Assembly: GCA_964371655.1 (NCBI GenBank)
Contig: CAYJOD010000003.1
Span: forward strand, 82,145 to 146,144
DNA length: 64,000 nt
DNA from: an uncultured Candidatus Binatia bacterium
GTDB lineage: Bacteria; Desulfobacterota; Binatia; HRBIN30
Reading direction: 5' to 3'
Below are positions 16,505 through 26,961 of the stretch, in pieces (within the stretch, counting starts at the first letter, position 1; each line of letters opens with the position of its first letter). A model generated the notes under the pieces. It was not told the origin of the DNA. It was given only the letters and a program-made list of their open reading frames with translations, and searched no databases. The translations under genes were made by a program, and so were the position numbers.

Positions 16505-17815
16505 CTAGCCCTGGGACGCGCGCAGGGCCTGGTCGAGGTCGGCGATGATGTCGGCGCTATCCTCGATACCGATCGACAGGCGCACGTACTCCGGCGTCAC
16601 GCCCGTCTGCGCTTGCTCTTCGGTGCTGAGCTGCGAGTGCGTCGTCGAGGCTGGATGAATGACCAGCGTCTTGGCATCGCCGATGTTTGCCAGATGGCTG
16701 CAGAGCTTGACGTTCTTGATGAAGCGGACGCCGGCGTCGCGGCCGCCCTTGATTCCGAAGCCGAGGACCGCACCCTGTCCGCTCGGCAGATAGCGCTTGG
16801 CGCTGGCGTGATCGGGATGGCTCGCCAGCCCTGGGTAGTTCACCCATTCCACCAGCGGATGCTTCTGCAGGAACTCGGCAACCGTGACGGTGTTGGCGCA
16901 GTGTCGCTGCATGCGCAGGTGCAGGGTCTCGAGGCCGAGCAGAAACAGAAACGCCGCAAATGGGCTCATGCAGGCACCGGTGTCGCGCAGCCAGTGGGTG
17001 CGGATGTGCAGAATGTAGGCGATGTTGCCGACCGGGCGCAGCGCCTCTTCGAGGACAACGCCGTGATACGACGGATCGGGCGCGCAGAATTCCGGCCATT
17101 TCTGCGGCGTCTTTGCCCATGGAAACTTGCCGCTGTCGACGATGACACCGCCGATGTGCACGCCGTGACCACCGATGAACTTGGTCGTCGAGTAGACGAC
17201 GATATCGATGCCGTGCTCGATCGGGCGCAGCAGCATCGGTGTCATCACCGTGTTGTCGCAGATCACCGGTAGGTCGAGAGCGTGCGCGGCGTCGGCAATG
17301 CCGCGGAAGTCCGGCACGTCGTTCTTCGGATTCCCCAAGCTCTCCAAGTACACGCAGCGTGTGTTCGCGTCCGCGAGCTCGGCAATCTTCTCGGGATGGT
17401 GCGGATCGAAGAAGCGCACCTCGATGCCGAGCTTCACCAGCGTCTGCGTGAACAGCGTCCACGTGCCGCCATAGAGGCTCGTCGCCGAAATGAAATTCTG
17501 GCCGCTGTGGCAGATCGTCAGCAACGCCGCCGTGATCGCCGCCTGCCCGGAGGCGAAGGCCAAGCCGGCGGCGCCGCCGTCGAGCGCCGCCAGACGCTTC
17601 TCGAGCACGTCGTTGGTCGGGTTCATCAAGCGCGTGTAGATGTTGCCGAACTCCGCCAGCGCAAACAGGCTGGCGGCGTGCTCGGGGCTGTCGAACACGT
17701 ACGACGTCGTCGCGTAGATCGGCACCGCGCGTGCCTTCGTGGTCGGATCGACCTCCTGGCCCGCATGCACGGCGAGGGTTCCAAGCCCTGGGGTACGTTT
17801 CTGATCGGCGCTCAT
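16505..17815 (-). CDS. metY: O-acetylhomoserine aminocarboxypropyltransferase (sulfhydrylase)
   Basis: VPIYATTSY, GNIYTRLMNPT, STTKFIGGHG, LANIGDAKTLVIHPASTTH. Confidence 0.95.
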   Translation of the reverse strand: MSADQKRTPGLGTLAVHAGQEVDPTTKARAVPIYATTSYVFDSPEHAASLFALAEFGNIYTRLMNPTNDVLEKRLAALDGGAAGLAFASGQAAITAALLTICHSGQNFISATSLYGGTWTLFTQTLVKLGIEVRFFDPHHPEKIAELADANTRCVYLESLGNPKNDVPDFRGIADAAHALDLPVICDNTVMTPMLLRPIEHGIDIVVYSTTKFIGGHGVHIGGVIVDSGKFPWAKTPQKWPEFCAPDPSYHGVVLEEALRPVGNIAYILHIRTHWLRDTGACMSPFAAFLFLLGLETLHLRMQRHCANTVTVAEFLQKHPLVEWVNYPGLASHPDHASAKRYLPSGQGAVLGFGIKGGRDAGVRFIKNVKLCSHLANIGDAKTLVIHPASTTHSQLSTEEQAQTGVTPEYVRLSIGIEDSADIIADLDQALRASQG

Positions 17816-17894
17816 GATTCCTCCTCAGAAAAGATTGACACTGCAATTAACCATCGGGACGCGGGCGGCGCTAGTCCGCGAATCTCACAGAGAC

Positions 17895-18052
17895 TTCACC
17901 GCAGAGACGCAGAGGCGCGGAGAGGAAGATATTCCGAGAAGAATTGCACATCCGCCGGAACAGCAGAGTGTACGGAATCGATCCGGCCAAGATCATGATT
18001 TCTTCCAACCATCCAAAGCTTTCTCTGCGTCTCGGCGTCTCTGCGGTGAGAA
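17895..18052. repeat. Intergenic CACCGCAGAG-type inverted pair
   Basis: ttcaccgcagagacgcagaggcgcggag ... ctctgcgtctcggcgtctctgcggtgag. Confidence 0.8.
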
Positions 18053-18067
18053 ATCCAGGCAGCGTAG

Positions 18068-19348
18068 TCACGATTCGAGCCAGCGCCGCATCTGCTCGTA
18101 GACGTCGGGATGGTTGAGCAGCTGCATGTGCGTCATCGGGCCAAAGTGACGGCCGTCGCCGAAGGGGACGCGCAGATGGCGCCAGCGTCGACTCGGTGTG
18201 GCACTGGCCTCGCGTACCATCCAGTCGCCGATCGCGACGCCGAGAGGGTGGCGGGGGTCGCGTGTCAGGGTGGCGGCGACGAAGTAATGGTTGGCACCTT
18301 CGAGGAGTGGCACAGCGCCGGTACGGTCGTCGAGCAACGCATCCGGATCGCCACCGTGCCAGTGCTCATCGAGGATGGCGCCGAAGCGCAGGTCTTTGAT
18401 GGCGGCGCTGCGCTTGTTGATGAAGGTGGCCAGCGCCCGACTGACGTCGAAGCGATCGAGAACCCACGCGGCGACGTTGCCGAACTTCTCCAACGGCGCG
18501 CCCAGATGCGGCGAGCCCAGGAAGAAGACGTGGCGCACGTGCGACGCCCAGCTCAGGCCGTCGCGCCTCGCATAGTGACAGGCACTGCGCACCACCAATC
18601 CACCGAGGCTGTGGCCGACCACGACGATCTCCTCGACCGGCACTGGCCAAGCGCTGACGACGCGCTCGAGGAGAGCGGCGAGACGCGCGCCGTTTTCGGA
18701 GATGTGCAGGCCGCTGTTGTAGCGCACGTAGAGCGGTGTGTGTCCGAGATCGTCACGCAAGCGCGAGCCGTAGGTGGTGCGGTCGTCGCCGTAGTGCTCT
18801 TGGGCATAGAAGCGCCAAGTGCTCTCATTGCCAGCGAGACCATGGACGAACAACGCCAAGCGCGGCGAGGCGTCGGGAAAGGCGGCCGCCAGGGCCTCGC
18901 GTTCCGGCGCGACCATCTGCTCGCCGTTGCGTAGCGCCATGGTTACCGCCAGCGGATTGCGGTCACGCTCGAGACGGTCGCCGGCGACGCCGTTGATCGC
19001 GGCCACGGCCAGATCCGCGGCGGAGCCGGCGCGCGGCTCACGGTCTTCGATCGCAGCCGCATTGGCCGCGGCCTTCGCAGCGACGGCGAGAACATCGATG
19101 CCGGCACGCATGCCGCCGTAGATCCCGGCGGTAACGCCGTCGTGAAGAGCACGCACGAGCTCCGACACCTCGCCGACGCCGGGAGCGAAACGTAGCGCCG
19201 CAAACGGCTTGCTCGCGATTGCCGCGTGCATGTCTTCGACCGTGGCCAGACCGTCCTGCAATACGCCGGTTGCGGCATCGATCGCACCTTCGAGTCGGGT
19301 TCGCTCCGCTGTGGCGCTCCCGGTTGCGCCGAAGGGTACTTGTTTCAC
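18068..19348 (-). CDS. Alpha/beta hydrolase (PGAP1-like lipase/esterase)
   Basis: FVHGL, YNSGLHISENG, GHSLGG, GSPHLGAPLE; GTG start after GGGAGG. Confidence 0.85.
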   Translation of the reverse strand: MKQVPFGATGSATAERTRLEGAIDAATGVLQDGLATVEDMHAAIASKPFAALRFAPGVGEVSELVRALHDGVTAGIYGGMRAGIDVLAVAAKAAANAAAIEDREPRAGSAADLAVAAINGVAGDRLERDRNPLAVTMALRNGEQMVAPEREALAAAFPDASPRLALFVHGLAGNESTWRFYAQEHYGDDRTTYGSRLRDDLGHTPLYVRYNSGLHISENGARLAALLERVVSAWPVPVEEIVVVGHSLGGLVVRSACHYARRDGLSWASHVRHVFFLGSPHLGAPLEKFGNVAAWVLDRFDVSRALATFINKRSAAIKDLRFGAILDEHWHGGDPDALLDDRTGAVPLLEGANHYFVAATLTRDPRHPLGVAIGDWMVREASATPSRRWRHLRVPFGDGRHFGPMTHMQLLNHPDVYEQMRRWLES

Positions 19349-19452
19349 GTCACACCTCCCTGGCCCAGTCATCATGGTTCCCGCCGAATTCATTAACCAT
19401 ACCCACACCCGGCGCTGCAACGCGCATCGTGGCGCAGGCTGAAGTCCTGCGC

Positions 19453-19623
19453 GGCTTTGCACATAAATTCGTCGTGGGACGATCTGTGGACACGATCAGT
19501 TGTGGAGTGCGGTGGCTTGCCACCGCTTTGTCCGATTCGGCGCCGTGAGCCGTGGGGCGACAGAAAAGCGGGAGCAAGCTCCCGCACTCCAAAGCGCCCC
19601 CGGCCGAATTTATGTGCAAAGCC
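19453..19623. mobile_element. MITE with 19-bp perfect terminal inverted repeats and 9-bp target duplication, inserted in a GTAG-type REP and carrying a GGAGTGC REP doublet
   Basis: TIR ggctttgcacataaattcg; gtcctgcgc at 19444-19452 and 19624-19632. Confidence 0.85.
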
Positions 19624-19794
19624 GTCCTGCGCCTACAGCCCGCCTTCGCGGGCTATGCAAGAATGTAGGTGCAGGACGGCTTTGCGCATAGATCCTCCCT
19701 TCTGTTCACTTGACAGTTCGCGGCGCTCCCCGTTAAGTCGGCGGATCATTAGCAATGTTGCGGCAACCGACTCTGGTATTCGAGGAGAGGGGAC

Positions 19795-21030
19795 ATGATG
19801 AAGAGCACACGTCTTGCGTTCTTGGTTGGGCTTGCGTCGATGCAGCTACTGCGGCCGTTTCCGTTGCATGCGGTGACCTTTGGCGGCGACGTCGTCGAAC
19901 CGCCGAGCGGCAGGACGCTCATGGAGCGATTGAGCGATCGCCCCAAGAAGACGTTCATGCCGATCGAGTGGAGCAACAAGGACTGGTCGATCTCGCCCTG
20001 GGGTTACGTCCGACTCGAATACGAGAGCGTGCAGAACGACGACCGTGTCACCAATCCGCCGATTGGACGCAACGATGGTTTCATTCTCGACAACGCCCGG
20101 CTGGGGCTTGATCTGACCTATCGCGATCAGCTGAGCTTTCTGATGTCGTTGGAAGGCGCCAGCGACATCCAGAACAGCTTCAATTCGCCGAGTGGCCAAA
20201 TCGACGTCCGCCTGCGCGATGCCTACGTCCGTTGGGACCCGATTCGATACATCGGCATCCAGGGCGGACAGTTCAAAGCTCCGTTCGACGCCGAAGATCT
20301 GCGCCCGACTCCCGATCTGTTGTTCGCGTCGACCGCGGTTGGTTGGCAGGGCGTGTTGGCGGGCCGCGGGTATCAGGAAGCCGGGATTTCGCTGGATCGA
20401 CAGCTCGGCGTGATGCTCTCGCCGAACGCCCCGATTCGCTACGGCGACTTCGGCGGCATGTACTACTTCATGATCGGCAACGGCAACGGCACCAACCAAT
20501 TGCTCAACGACAACAGCCGTCTCACCATCATCGGGCGCGTCGAGGCCATGTATTCCAAGCTCGTCACTCTCGGCGCCGCCGGCTTCACCAATGATCGCAC
20601 CATCGCCGACCCTCCGAACCAAGCGCGTGAAGATGACACCGGCGTCGCCGCCGACTTGATGATCAATCCCGATCCGTTCGAGGTCTTCTTCCAGTTTGGA
20701 CAAGTGGAGACCGACTTCCCGACCACCGGTGTGTCGAGCCGAATCCGGCGCACCTGGCATGCCCAAGCCGGCTACCGCATCGACACTCCGTGGTCCTTCA
20801 GCGTCACCCCGGCCTATCGCTACGCGTTCTACGATCCGTGGGCCAACGCCGGCTCCAACTCCGGCGCCAGCGAAAACGCCCTGGCGCTGTACTACCACAC
20901 CTTTGGCATGCGCCTCGCCCATACCGGGCTGCCGCTGACGTTGTTCATCAACTACACGCTGGCCGAGGAACAAAATCCACGGCAGCTCACCAACGACCAG
21001 TTCCAGATCTTGGCCCAGGTAGTCTTCTAG
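19795..21030 (+). CDS. Outer-membrane beta-barrel porin (OprO/OprP-like)
   Basis: Signal peptide; F.L.NARLG, LRDAYV, GQFKAPF; C-terminal Phe. Confidence 0.7.
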   Translation: MMKSTRLAFLVGLASMQLLRPFPLHAVTFGGDVVEPPSGRTLMERLSDRPKKTFMPIEWSNKDWSISPWGYVRLEYESVQNDDRVTNPPIGRNDGFILDNARLGLDLTYRDQLSFLMSLEGASDIQNSFNSPSGQIDVRLRDAYVRWDPIRYIGIQGGQFKAPFDAEDLRPTPDLLFASTAVGWQGVLAGRGYQEAGISLDRQLGVMLSPNAPIRYGDFGGMYYFMIGNGNGTNQLLNDNSRLTIIGRVEAMYSKLVTLGAAGFTNDRTIADPPNQAREDDTGVAADLMINPDPFEVFFQFGQVETDFPTTGVSSRIRRTWHAQAGYRIDTPWSFSVTPAYRYAFYDPWANAGSNSGASENALALYYHTFGMRLAHTGLPLTLFINYTLAEEQNPRQLTNDQFQILAQVVF

Positions 21031-24000
21031 ATGTTGTCGCCCGCCCACCGTATTACGTCGCTCCCCCTCTCCCTCTGTTTCGTCGTCGCCGTCGCTGGCT
21101 GCGGTGGCTCCGGTGCCCCGGACGGCGGACGCGCCACCGCCCAGCGTGCCGTCAATCGAAGTCAGCTGGTGGGCGGCGAACGTGCGCTCGGCGAAGTCGG
21201 CGACATCGTCATGGAGAACGAGAAGATCCGGCTCGTGATTCAGAAGGAGGGATATTCGCGTGGCTTCGGCGTCTACGGGGGCAGCCTGATCGACGCCGAC
21301 TTGCGCCGTACCGACGAGCAAGGGAACAGCTTTGCCGGCATCGGCAACGACCAATTCGCTGAGCTCTTCCCTGCCTTCTTCGTGCAGGCCATCAAGGTCG
21401 ACAGCGTGGAGATCCTCGACGACGGCAGAAACGGCGGGCCGGCGCGCGTCGAGGCCTCGGGGAGCGCCGGCGACTTTCTCGAGCTCGCCGGCGTGCTCAA
21501 TCGTGCCGTCACCGGCTCCAATCAACAGTTCCGCAATCCCAACAGCCCGCCGCGTATTCGGTATTCGACGATCTACGAGCTCGAGCCCAACAAGCAGTAC
21601 GTCACCATGCGCTTCAGCGTGAAGAACATCTCGACGGCGGCGTTGACCTTTCCCGGCCGCGATGCGCGTACGCTGTTCGGCGTGCTCGGCCTGCCGCTCG
21701 AAGGGTTCACCGTGCCCTCAGGCGATATCGCTCTGTTCGGAGCCACCAGCAAAGTCTTCATCCCGGGTGTCGGTTTCGACCTGCGCTTCGGACTCGATCG
21801 CGCCTACGCGCGCGGCATCGACTTCCCGGCGTTCCCCGGCTTTGTCACCGAATACATCGCCAGCCGTGGCGACGGCGCCAGCTACGGCATCGTCGTCGAC
21901 GAGACTGAGAATAACTACGCCTACAACAAGCGCGATATCTACGGCGACGAGCACACTCCGATCACCCGGTCGTCGCTCTTGATTCCCTTCGTCGCCAGCT
22001 CGTTCGTCGGCATCTTCCACCAGGAGGCGCCAGCCACCCTGCCGCCCGGCGCATCCTTTGAGATCGCCAAACACTTCATTGTCGGATCAGGCGACGTCGG
22101 ATCCGTCCTCGATGTCGTGAACGAGATCCGCGGCAACGACGTCGGCCGCTTGGGCGGCCAACTCATCGACGCCGCCACCAGTGAAGCTCTCAAGGGTCTC
22201 AGCGTCGTCATCTATCAGCGCTTCGCCGACGGCTTCCATCGCCCCTATGCGCAGTACGACACGCGTGAGGACGGCCTGTTCGGCGGCACCTTGGTGCCGG
22301 GCAGCTACAGCCTGAAGGTCGTCGGTGACGGCAGGCCGGTCACCGACTTCATCGACTTCGAGATCAGCGCGGGACAAAGGACATCGCTGCGCGTCCACTC
22401 GACACCACCGGGCCGCATCTTCGTTCGCATTCTCGATGATCACGGCAATGCACTGCCGGCCAAGGCGTCGGCGATCGGACATTTTGCCGCGGAGCTCTCC
22501 GGTCGACTGACCCCGGAATTCTTGTTCGATCTTGAGGCCGGCCAAGCTTTCCTCAGCAGCGACTTGGTCACCGACGATCCGAACAATCCCGACACTCGAC
22601 AGTATATTGAAGCCTACGGCTTCAGCTCCAACGGCATCGTCGAGCTGGCGGTGCGGCCGGGCGAGTACGACATCGTCAGCAGCCGCGGCCCCGAGTACGA
22701 TACGGCGACGTCGCACGTGTCGGTTGGTCCGGCTCAAGCCGTGAGCGTCGATCAGCGCCTGCGTCGCGTTGTCGACACCACGGGCTGGATGGCGCTCGAT
22801 TCGCACGTGCACAGCCGTGCCAGCATCGATTCCGACATGAGTCTGGACGAGCGCGTGCGCGCGCTGGCTGCCGAAGGCGTCGAGCTCGCGGTGGCGACGG
22901 ATCATAACTTCGTCACCGATTACAGCCCGTATGTCGCGCGCAACGACCTCAATCGCTGGATCCATTCGACCGTCGGTATCGAGATGACCACGCTCGAGTC
23001 CGGCCATTTCAACGGCTACCCACTGCGCTATCAGGCTGGTCCGATCACGCACGGATCGTTCGAATGGGCGCGGCGTACACCGGATGAGATTTTCGGCGAC
23101 TTGCGCGGGCTCGGCCTCTACGGACCCGCCGATACCATCGTCCAGGCGAACCATCCGCGCGATCAAATCCTCGGGTACTACACGCAATACAATCGCGATC
23201 CGCTCACCGCCCGGGAGATGCCTTCCAACTTCCTCGATCAGTTCGTCACGCCGACCGGCCCGGCCTTCAAGAATGCCGACGGCAGCACGACCTTCTCGAT
23301 GAACTACGAGGCGGTCGAGCTGTTGAACGGCAAGCTTTACTACGAGACTCGCCACTACCGGGTGCCGGAAGAGCTACCACCCGGAAACCTGCCGTCTCCG
23401 ATCCCACCGACCGGCACCATTCTGCGCGGCGCCGACGGCAGCGTCGGTTTTCCCGGCGTCGTCGATGATTGGTTCAACCTGCTTAACTTGGGTTACCGCT
23501 ACATCGGCGTCGGCACCGGCGATTCGCATACCGGCTTCGACGAAGCCGGACAATTCCGCACGATGGTCTATCTCGGCGTCGACGCCCCGGACGAGGTGAA
23601 CGACAAGATGATCGTCAACGGCCTGCGCAGCCGCCGTGTCGTTTCCACCAACGGCCCGCTCATCGATTTTTCGATTGATGATCCGGTGCTCGGCGAGATG
23701 GGGCAGACGATCGAAACCAACGCCGACACAGTTGCGTTGACCTACCGGGTCACGGCGGCGCCGTGGATCAGCATTCAGCGCATCCATATATACCGCAACG
23801 GCGTGATCGCGATGACACGCGAGATCGATCCCAATCGCGACCTGGCTGCACAGCCGTTTGAGGAAACGGTCGAGCTGGAGCTCGCGCACGACGGCGATGG
23901 CAACCCGATCGACAGCTGGTTTGTCGTCGATGCGACCGGCTATCGCAGCATGCACCCCGTCGTCCGCACCTTCGAAATCCCGCCCTTGCTGTTGACCGAC

Positions 24001-24387
24001 GCCTTGGCAAGCCTGGCCGGTCCGTTGGGTCTATCCAACGACGAGTTCGGTGATCTGCGTCCACCCGAAGCGTATCCGATTACGCCTTACGCCATCACCA
24101 ACCCGGTGTGGGTGACGACGCACTCCGGCGATTTTCAAGCGCCGGGCACGGTGCCGCTCGAGATCCAGGACCTTCCCGAGAACGATCCCAAGTGGCAAGC
24201 GGGAATCAACGTCGTGTCGACGATCCGCCCCCCGAAACGCATCGCCGACATGCGCTCGCGTCTGGGCCGGGTCAACACCGGCGGCCACCGCAACGTGCCG
24301 CTCTTCTATCCGTTCTCGGACGATATCGAGGATGTGCGTAAGGTGATGGCCCGCCTCGGCGCCCTCGGGCGTCACGGGCCGAATTGA
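21031..24387 (+). CDS. Large lipoprotein with C-terminal PHP-type (CehA/McbA-like) metallohydrolase domain
   Basis: Lipobox VAGC; DSHVHS, ATDHN, GHFN, NHPR, GDSH. Confidence 0.78.
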   Translation: MLSPAHRITSLPLSLCFVVAVAGCGGSGAPDGGRATAQRAVNRSQLVGGERALGEVGDIVMENEKIRLVIQKEGYSRGFGVYGGSLIDADLRRTDEQGNSFAGIGNDQFAELFPAFFVQAIKVDSVEILDDGRNGGPARVEASGSAGDFLELAGVLNRAVTGSNQQFRNPNSPPRIRYSTIYELEPNKQYVTMRFSVKNISTAALTFPGRDARTLFGVLGLPLEGFTVPSGDIALFGATSKVFIPGVGFDLRFGLDRAYARGIDFPAFPGFVTEYIASRGDGASYGIVVDETENNYAYNKRDIYGDEHTPITRSSLLIPFVASSFVGIFHQEAPATLPPGASFEIAKHFIVGSGDVGSVLDVVNEIRGNDVGRLGGQLIDAATSEALKGLSVVIYQRFADGFHRPYAQYDTREDGLFGGTLVPGSYSLKVVGDGRPVTDFIDFEISAGQRTSLRVHSTPPGRIFVRILDDHGNALPAKASAIGHFAAELSGRLTPEFLFDLEAGQAFLSSDLVTDDPNNPDTRQYIEAYGFSSNGIVELAVRPGEYDIVSSRGPEYDTATSHVSVGPAQAVSVDQRLRRVVDTTGWMALDSHVHSRASIDSDMSLDERVRALAAEGVELAVATDHNFVTDYSPYVARNDLNRWIHSTVGIEMTTLESGHFNGYPLRYQAGPITHGSFEWARRTPDEIFGDLRGLGLYGPADTIVQANHPRDQILGYYTQYNRDPLTAREMPSNFLDQFVTPTGPAFKNADGSTTFSMNYEAVELLNGKLYYETRHYRVPEELPPGNLPSPIPPTGTILRGADGSVGFPGVVDDWFNLLNLGYRYIGVGTGDSHTGFDEAGQFRTMVYLGVDAPDEVNDKMIVNGLRSRRVVSTNGPLIDFSIDDPVLGEMGQTIETNADTVALTYRVTAAPWISIQRIHIYRNGVIAMTREIDPNRDLAAQPFEETVELELAHDGDGNPIDSWFVVDATGYRSMHPVVRTFEIPPLLLTDALASLAGPLGLSNDEFGDLRPPEAYPITPYAITNPVWVTTHSGDFQAPGTVPLEIQDLPENDPKWQAGINVVSTIRPPKRIADMRSRLGRVNTGGHRNVPLFYPFSDDIEDVRKVMARLGALGRHGPN

Positions 24388-24405
24388 GCTGGGACTACGT
24401 AGAAA

Positions 24406-24504
24406 AGACGCGGAGACGCGGAGACACGGAGACGCGGAGAGAAGCCAACGGATGGGGTTTTCGACATTGTTCCCCTCTCCGCGTCTCCGCGTCTCCGTGT
24501 CTTC
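24406..24504. repeat. Inverted pair of 8-mer tandem repeats (GGAGACRC)
   Basis: agacgcggagacgcggagacacggagacgcggag ... ctccgcgtctccgcgtctccgtgtct. Confidence 0.8.
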
Positions 24505-24526
24505 TTCTCTTCCCCAGTGAGATCAA

Positions 24527-25639
24527 ATGAACCAAGAGCCCATCCTGCTCACGCCGGGGCCGCTGACCACGGCGCTTACGACGCGTGAGGCGATGCTGCG
24601 CGATTGGGGTTCGCGCGACGCCGCTTTCATCGCGATGAACGCCCGGGTTCGCGACCACGTCGTGCGCATCGCCGACGCGGAGGAAACCCACGTGTGCGTG
24701 CCGGTGCAGGGCAGCGGCACGTTTGCGGTCGAGGCCACCATCGGCACGCTGGTACCGCGTCACGGCAAGCTGCTGGTGCTGATCAACGGCGCCTACGGCC
24801 AGCGCATGGTGAAGATCTGCCAGATCGCCGGCATCGCCTGCGTGGCGCAAGAGTGGCCGGAGCTGGAGCCGGTCAGCGCCGCGGTTACGGCGCGCTTACT
24901 CGATGCCGATGCGGGCATCACCCATGTCGCGGTGGTGCAGTGCGAGACCACGACCGGGATGCTCAATCCGGTGGACGCCGTGGCGGCCGTGGTCGCCGAA
25001 CGCAAGCGCAGCCTGATCGTCGACGCGATGAGTGCCTTCGGGGCGCTCGAGCTCAGCGCCCGCCGCGTCCGTTACGACGCGCTCGCGGCGTCGAGCAATA
25101 AGTGCCTCGAGGGCGCGCCAGGGATCGGGTACGCCGTGATCCGCAAGGAGGTGCTGGAGAACTGCGAGGGTCAGGCGCGTTCTCTCAGCCTCGATCTGTA
25201 CGATCAGTGGCGGGCCATGGAGAAGACCAAGCAGTGGCGCTTCACGCCGCCGACGCACGTGCTCGCCGCTTTCGATCGCGCCCTGCGCAGCCATGAGGAG
25301 GAGGGCGGCGTCGCCGCGCGCGGCGCGCGCTACCGCGAGAACTGCAAGGTGCTCGTCGAGGGCATGCGCGCCATGGGATTTCAGACGGCCCTGCCCGACG
25401 AGCTGCAGGCTCCCATCATCGTCACCTTTCTGTTGCCCAAGGATCCGCGCTTCGCGTTCGAGACGTTCTACCTGTGCCTCGCCCGCCGCGGGTTCTTGAT
25501 CTACCCGGGCAAGCTGACCAAGGCGGATACGTTTCGAATCGGATGCATCGGGCACGTCCGGCCCGACGATATGCGTCGCGCCTTGACCGCGGTGCGTGAG
25601 GGGCTCGACGAAATGGGCGTGAAGGAGTGTGCTCCATGA
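24527..25639 (+). CDS. phnW: 2-aminoethylphosphonate--pyruvate transaminase
   Basis: LLTPGPLTT, QGSGTFAVE, CETTTG, DAMS, SSNKCLEG, QWRFTPPTH. Confidence 0.95.
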   Translation: MNQEPILLTPGPLTTALTTREAMLRDWGSRDAAFIAMNARVRDHVVRIADAEETHVCVPVQGSGTFAVEATIGTLVPRHGKLLVLINGAYGQRMVKICQIAGIACVAQEWPELEPVSAAVTARLLDADAGITHVAVVQCETTTGMLNPVDAVAAVVAERKRSLIVDAMSAFGALELSARRVRYDALAASSNKCLEGAPGIGYAVIRKEVLENCEGQARSLSLDLYDQWRAMEKTKQWRFTPPTHVLAAFDRALRSHEEEGGVAARGARYRENCKVLVEGMRAMGFQTALPDELQAPIIVTFLLPKDPRFAFETFYLCLARRGFLIYPGKLTKADTFRIGCIGHVRPDDMRRALTAVREGLDEMGVKECAP

Positions 25640-26466
25640 GCTTTCGCTACTGCCGCCGCTACACGGGTGCGGTGCAGGCCGTGATCTTCGATTGGGCCGG
25701 GACCACGGTCGATCACGGCAGCTGTGCGCCGGCCGGTGTGTTCGTGCAGGCCTTCGCCCAGCATGGCCTGCAGGTGAGCGTGACGCAGGCACGTGGTCCG
25801 ATGGGCATCCACAAGCGTGAGCATGTGCGCACCTTGCTCGATCTCGAGTCGGTTCGCGAGCAGTTCGAGAAGGTGCAGCGGCGCGCGGCGACCGAAGCCG
25901 ACATCGACACCATCTACAAGGACGCGACGCGCTTGCAGATCGATTGTCTGAAGGACTACGCCGATCCGATCTCTGGGGTTGTGGAAACCCTCGCGCAACT
26001 GCGGCAGCGCCGCATCAAGATCGGTTCGTGCACCGGCTACGTCACCGCGATGATGGACGTCCTGGTCCCGGCCGCGGCAGCGAAGGGTTTTGTACCCGAC
26101 ACCTGGGTGTGCGCCAGCGACGTGACCTCGGCACGGCCCTCGCCGCAGATGGCTTTGCTCAACGTCATACGGCTCGATGCCGGGCCGATACAGGCATGCG
26201 TGAAGGTTGGCGATACGGTGGCCGACGTCGAGGAAGGACTGAACGCCGGCATGTGGTCGGTGGCAGTCACGCTCACCGGCAACGAGGTCGGTCTGAACGA
26301 AAAGGATCTGGCGGGGCTCGACCCGGCCGAGCGCGAGAGAAGGCGTGCCCGCGCCGCCGACAAGCTGGCGCGCGCCGGCGCGCATTACGTGATCGATGCC
26401 GTCAGCGACTTGCCCGGAGTGATCGCAGATATCGAAGCGCGTCTGGCGCGCGGTGAAGCGCCGTAA
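25636..26466 (+). CDS. phnX: Phosphonoacetaldehyde hydrolase
   Basis: FDWAGTTVDHG, RGPMGIHKREH, KVGDTVAD; ATGA overlap with phnW. Confidence 0.95.
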   Translation: MSFRYCRRYTGAVQAVIFDWAGTTVDHGSCAPAGVFVQAFAQHGLQVSVTQARGPMGIHKREHVRTLLDLESVREQFEKVQRRAATEADIDTIYKDATRLQIDCLKDYADPISGVVETLAQLRQRRIKIGSCTGYVTAMMDVLVPAAAAKGFVPDTWVCASDVTSARPSPQMALLNVIRLDAGPIQACVKVGDTVADVEEGLNAGMWSVAVTLTGNEVGLNEKDLAGLDPAERERRRARAADKLARAGAHYVIDAVSDLPGVIADIEARLARGEAP

Positions 26467-26473
26467 CTCCTAT

Positions 26474-26612
26474 TTGGAGTGCGGCGGCTCGCCGCCGCTT
26501 TGGCGCACGGATCAAGGGTCCGAGGGTTCAAGGGATCAAGGGTCCGACCCCCCAAGCCCTTGACCCCTCTCTTCGGCCCTCCGACAAAGCGGGAGCAAGC
26601 TCCCGCACTCCA
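26474..26612. repeat. GGAGTGC REP doublet enclosing CAAGGGTY 8-mer repeats
   Basis: ttggagtgcggcggctcgccgccgctttgg ... caaagcgggagcaagctcccgcactccaa. Confidence 0.8.
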
Positions 26613-26730
26613 AAACTCGAGGCCAGTAAACGTAGCCGCCGTCGCACTCCGTCCTCCGAAGCCGAGTGACGAAGGAGGAAGACGGTGGCCGTCGGGTGGA
26701 AGGGCAAACGCCTTCGGCCACGCTTTTGGC

Positions 26731-26930
26731 GAGGTCGTCTCAAAACCCCCTCCACATGCGGCGCAGGCCAGCGCAGAGCCGCGACCGTAAGGGAGCGGTG
26801 ATTCGTGGGATATCCAACGCGCTGGTTCTGAGACGGTCATCATGAAGCTGCTGCTTCGCCCGAGAGGATGGAAACTCGGTTCCCGAGCCCCCAGCCCCGA
26901 GGCTCCAGCCCCTATTTTCGAGACAACCTC
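26731..26930. mobile_element. MITE-like element (GAGGTYGTCTC ends), copy 1
   Basis: Ends gaggtcgtctcaaaa / ttttcgagacaacctc flanked by TGGC on both sides; right ~105 bp near-identical to 54652-54759. Confidence 0.75.
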
Positions 26931-26961
26931 TGGCGAGCGCGGCTACGTTGCGCTCCATAGA

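Noticed and set aside
17816-18060. SAM riboswitch upstream of metY
   Set aside because: No SAM-I core motif recognised; the structure there is a repeat pair found elsewhere in the window.
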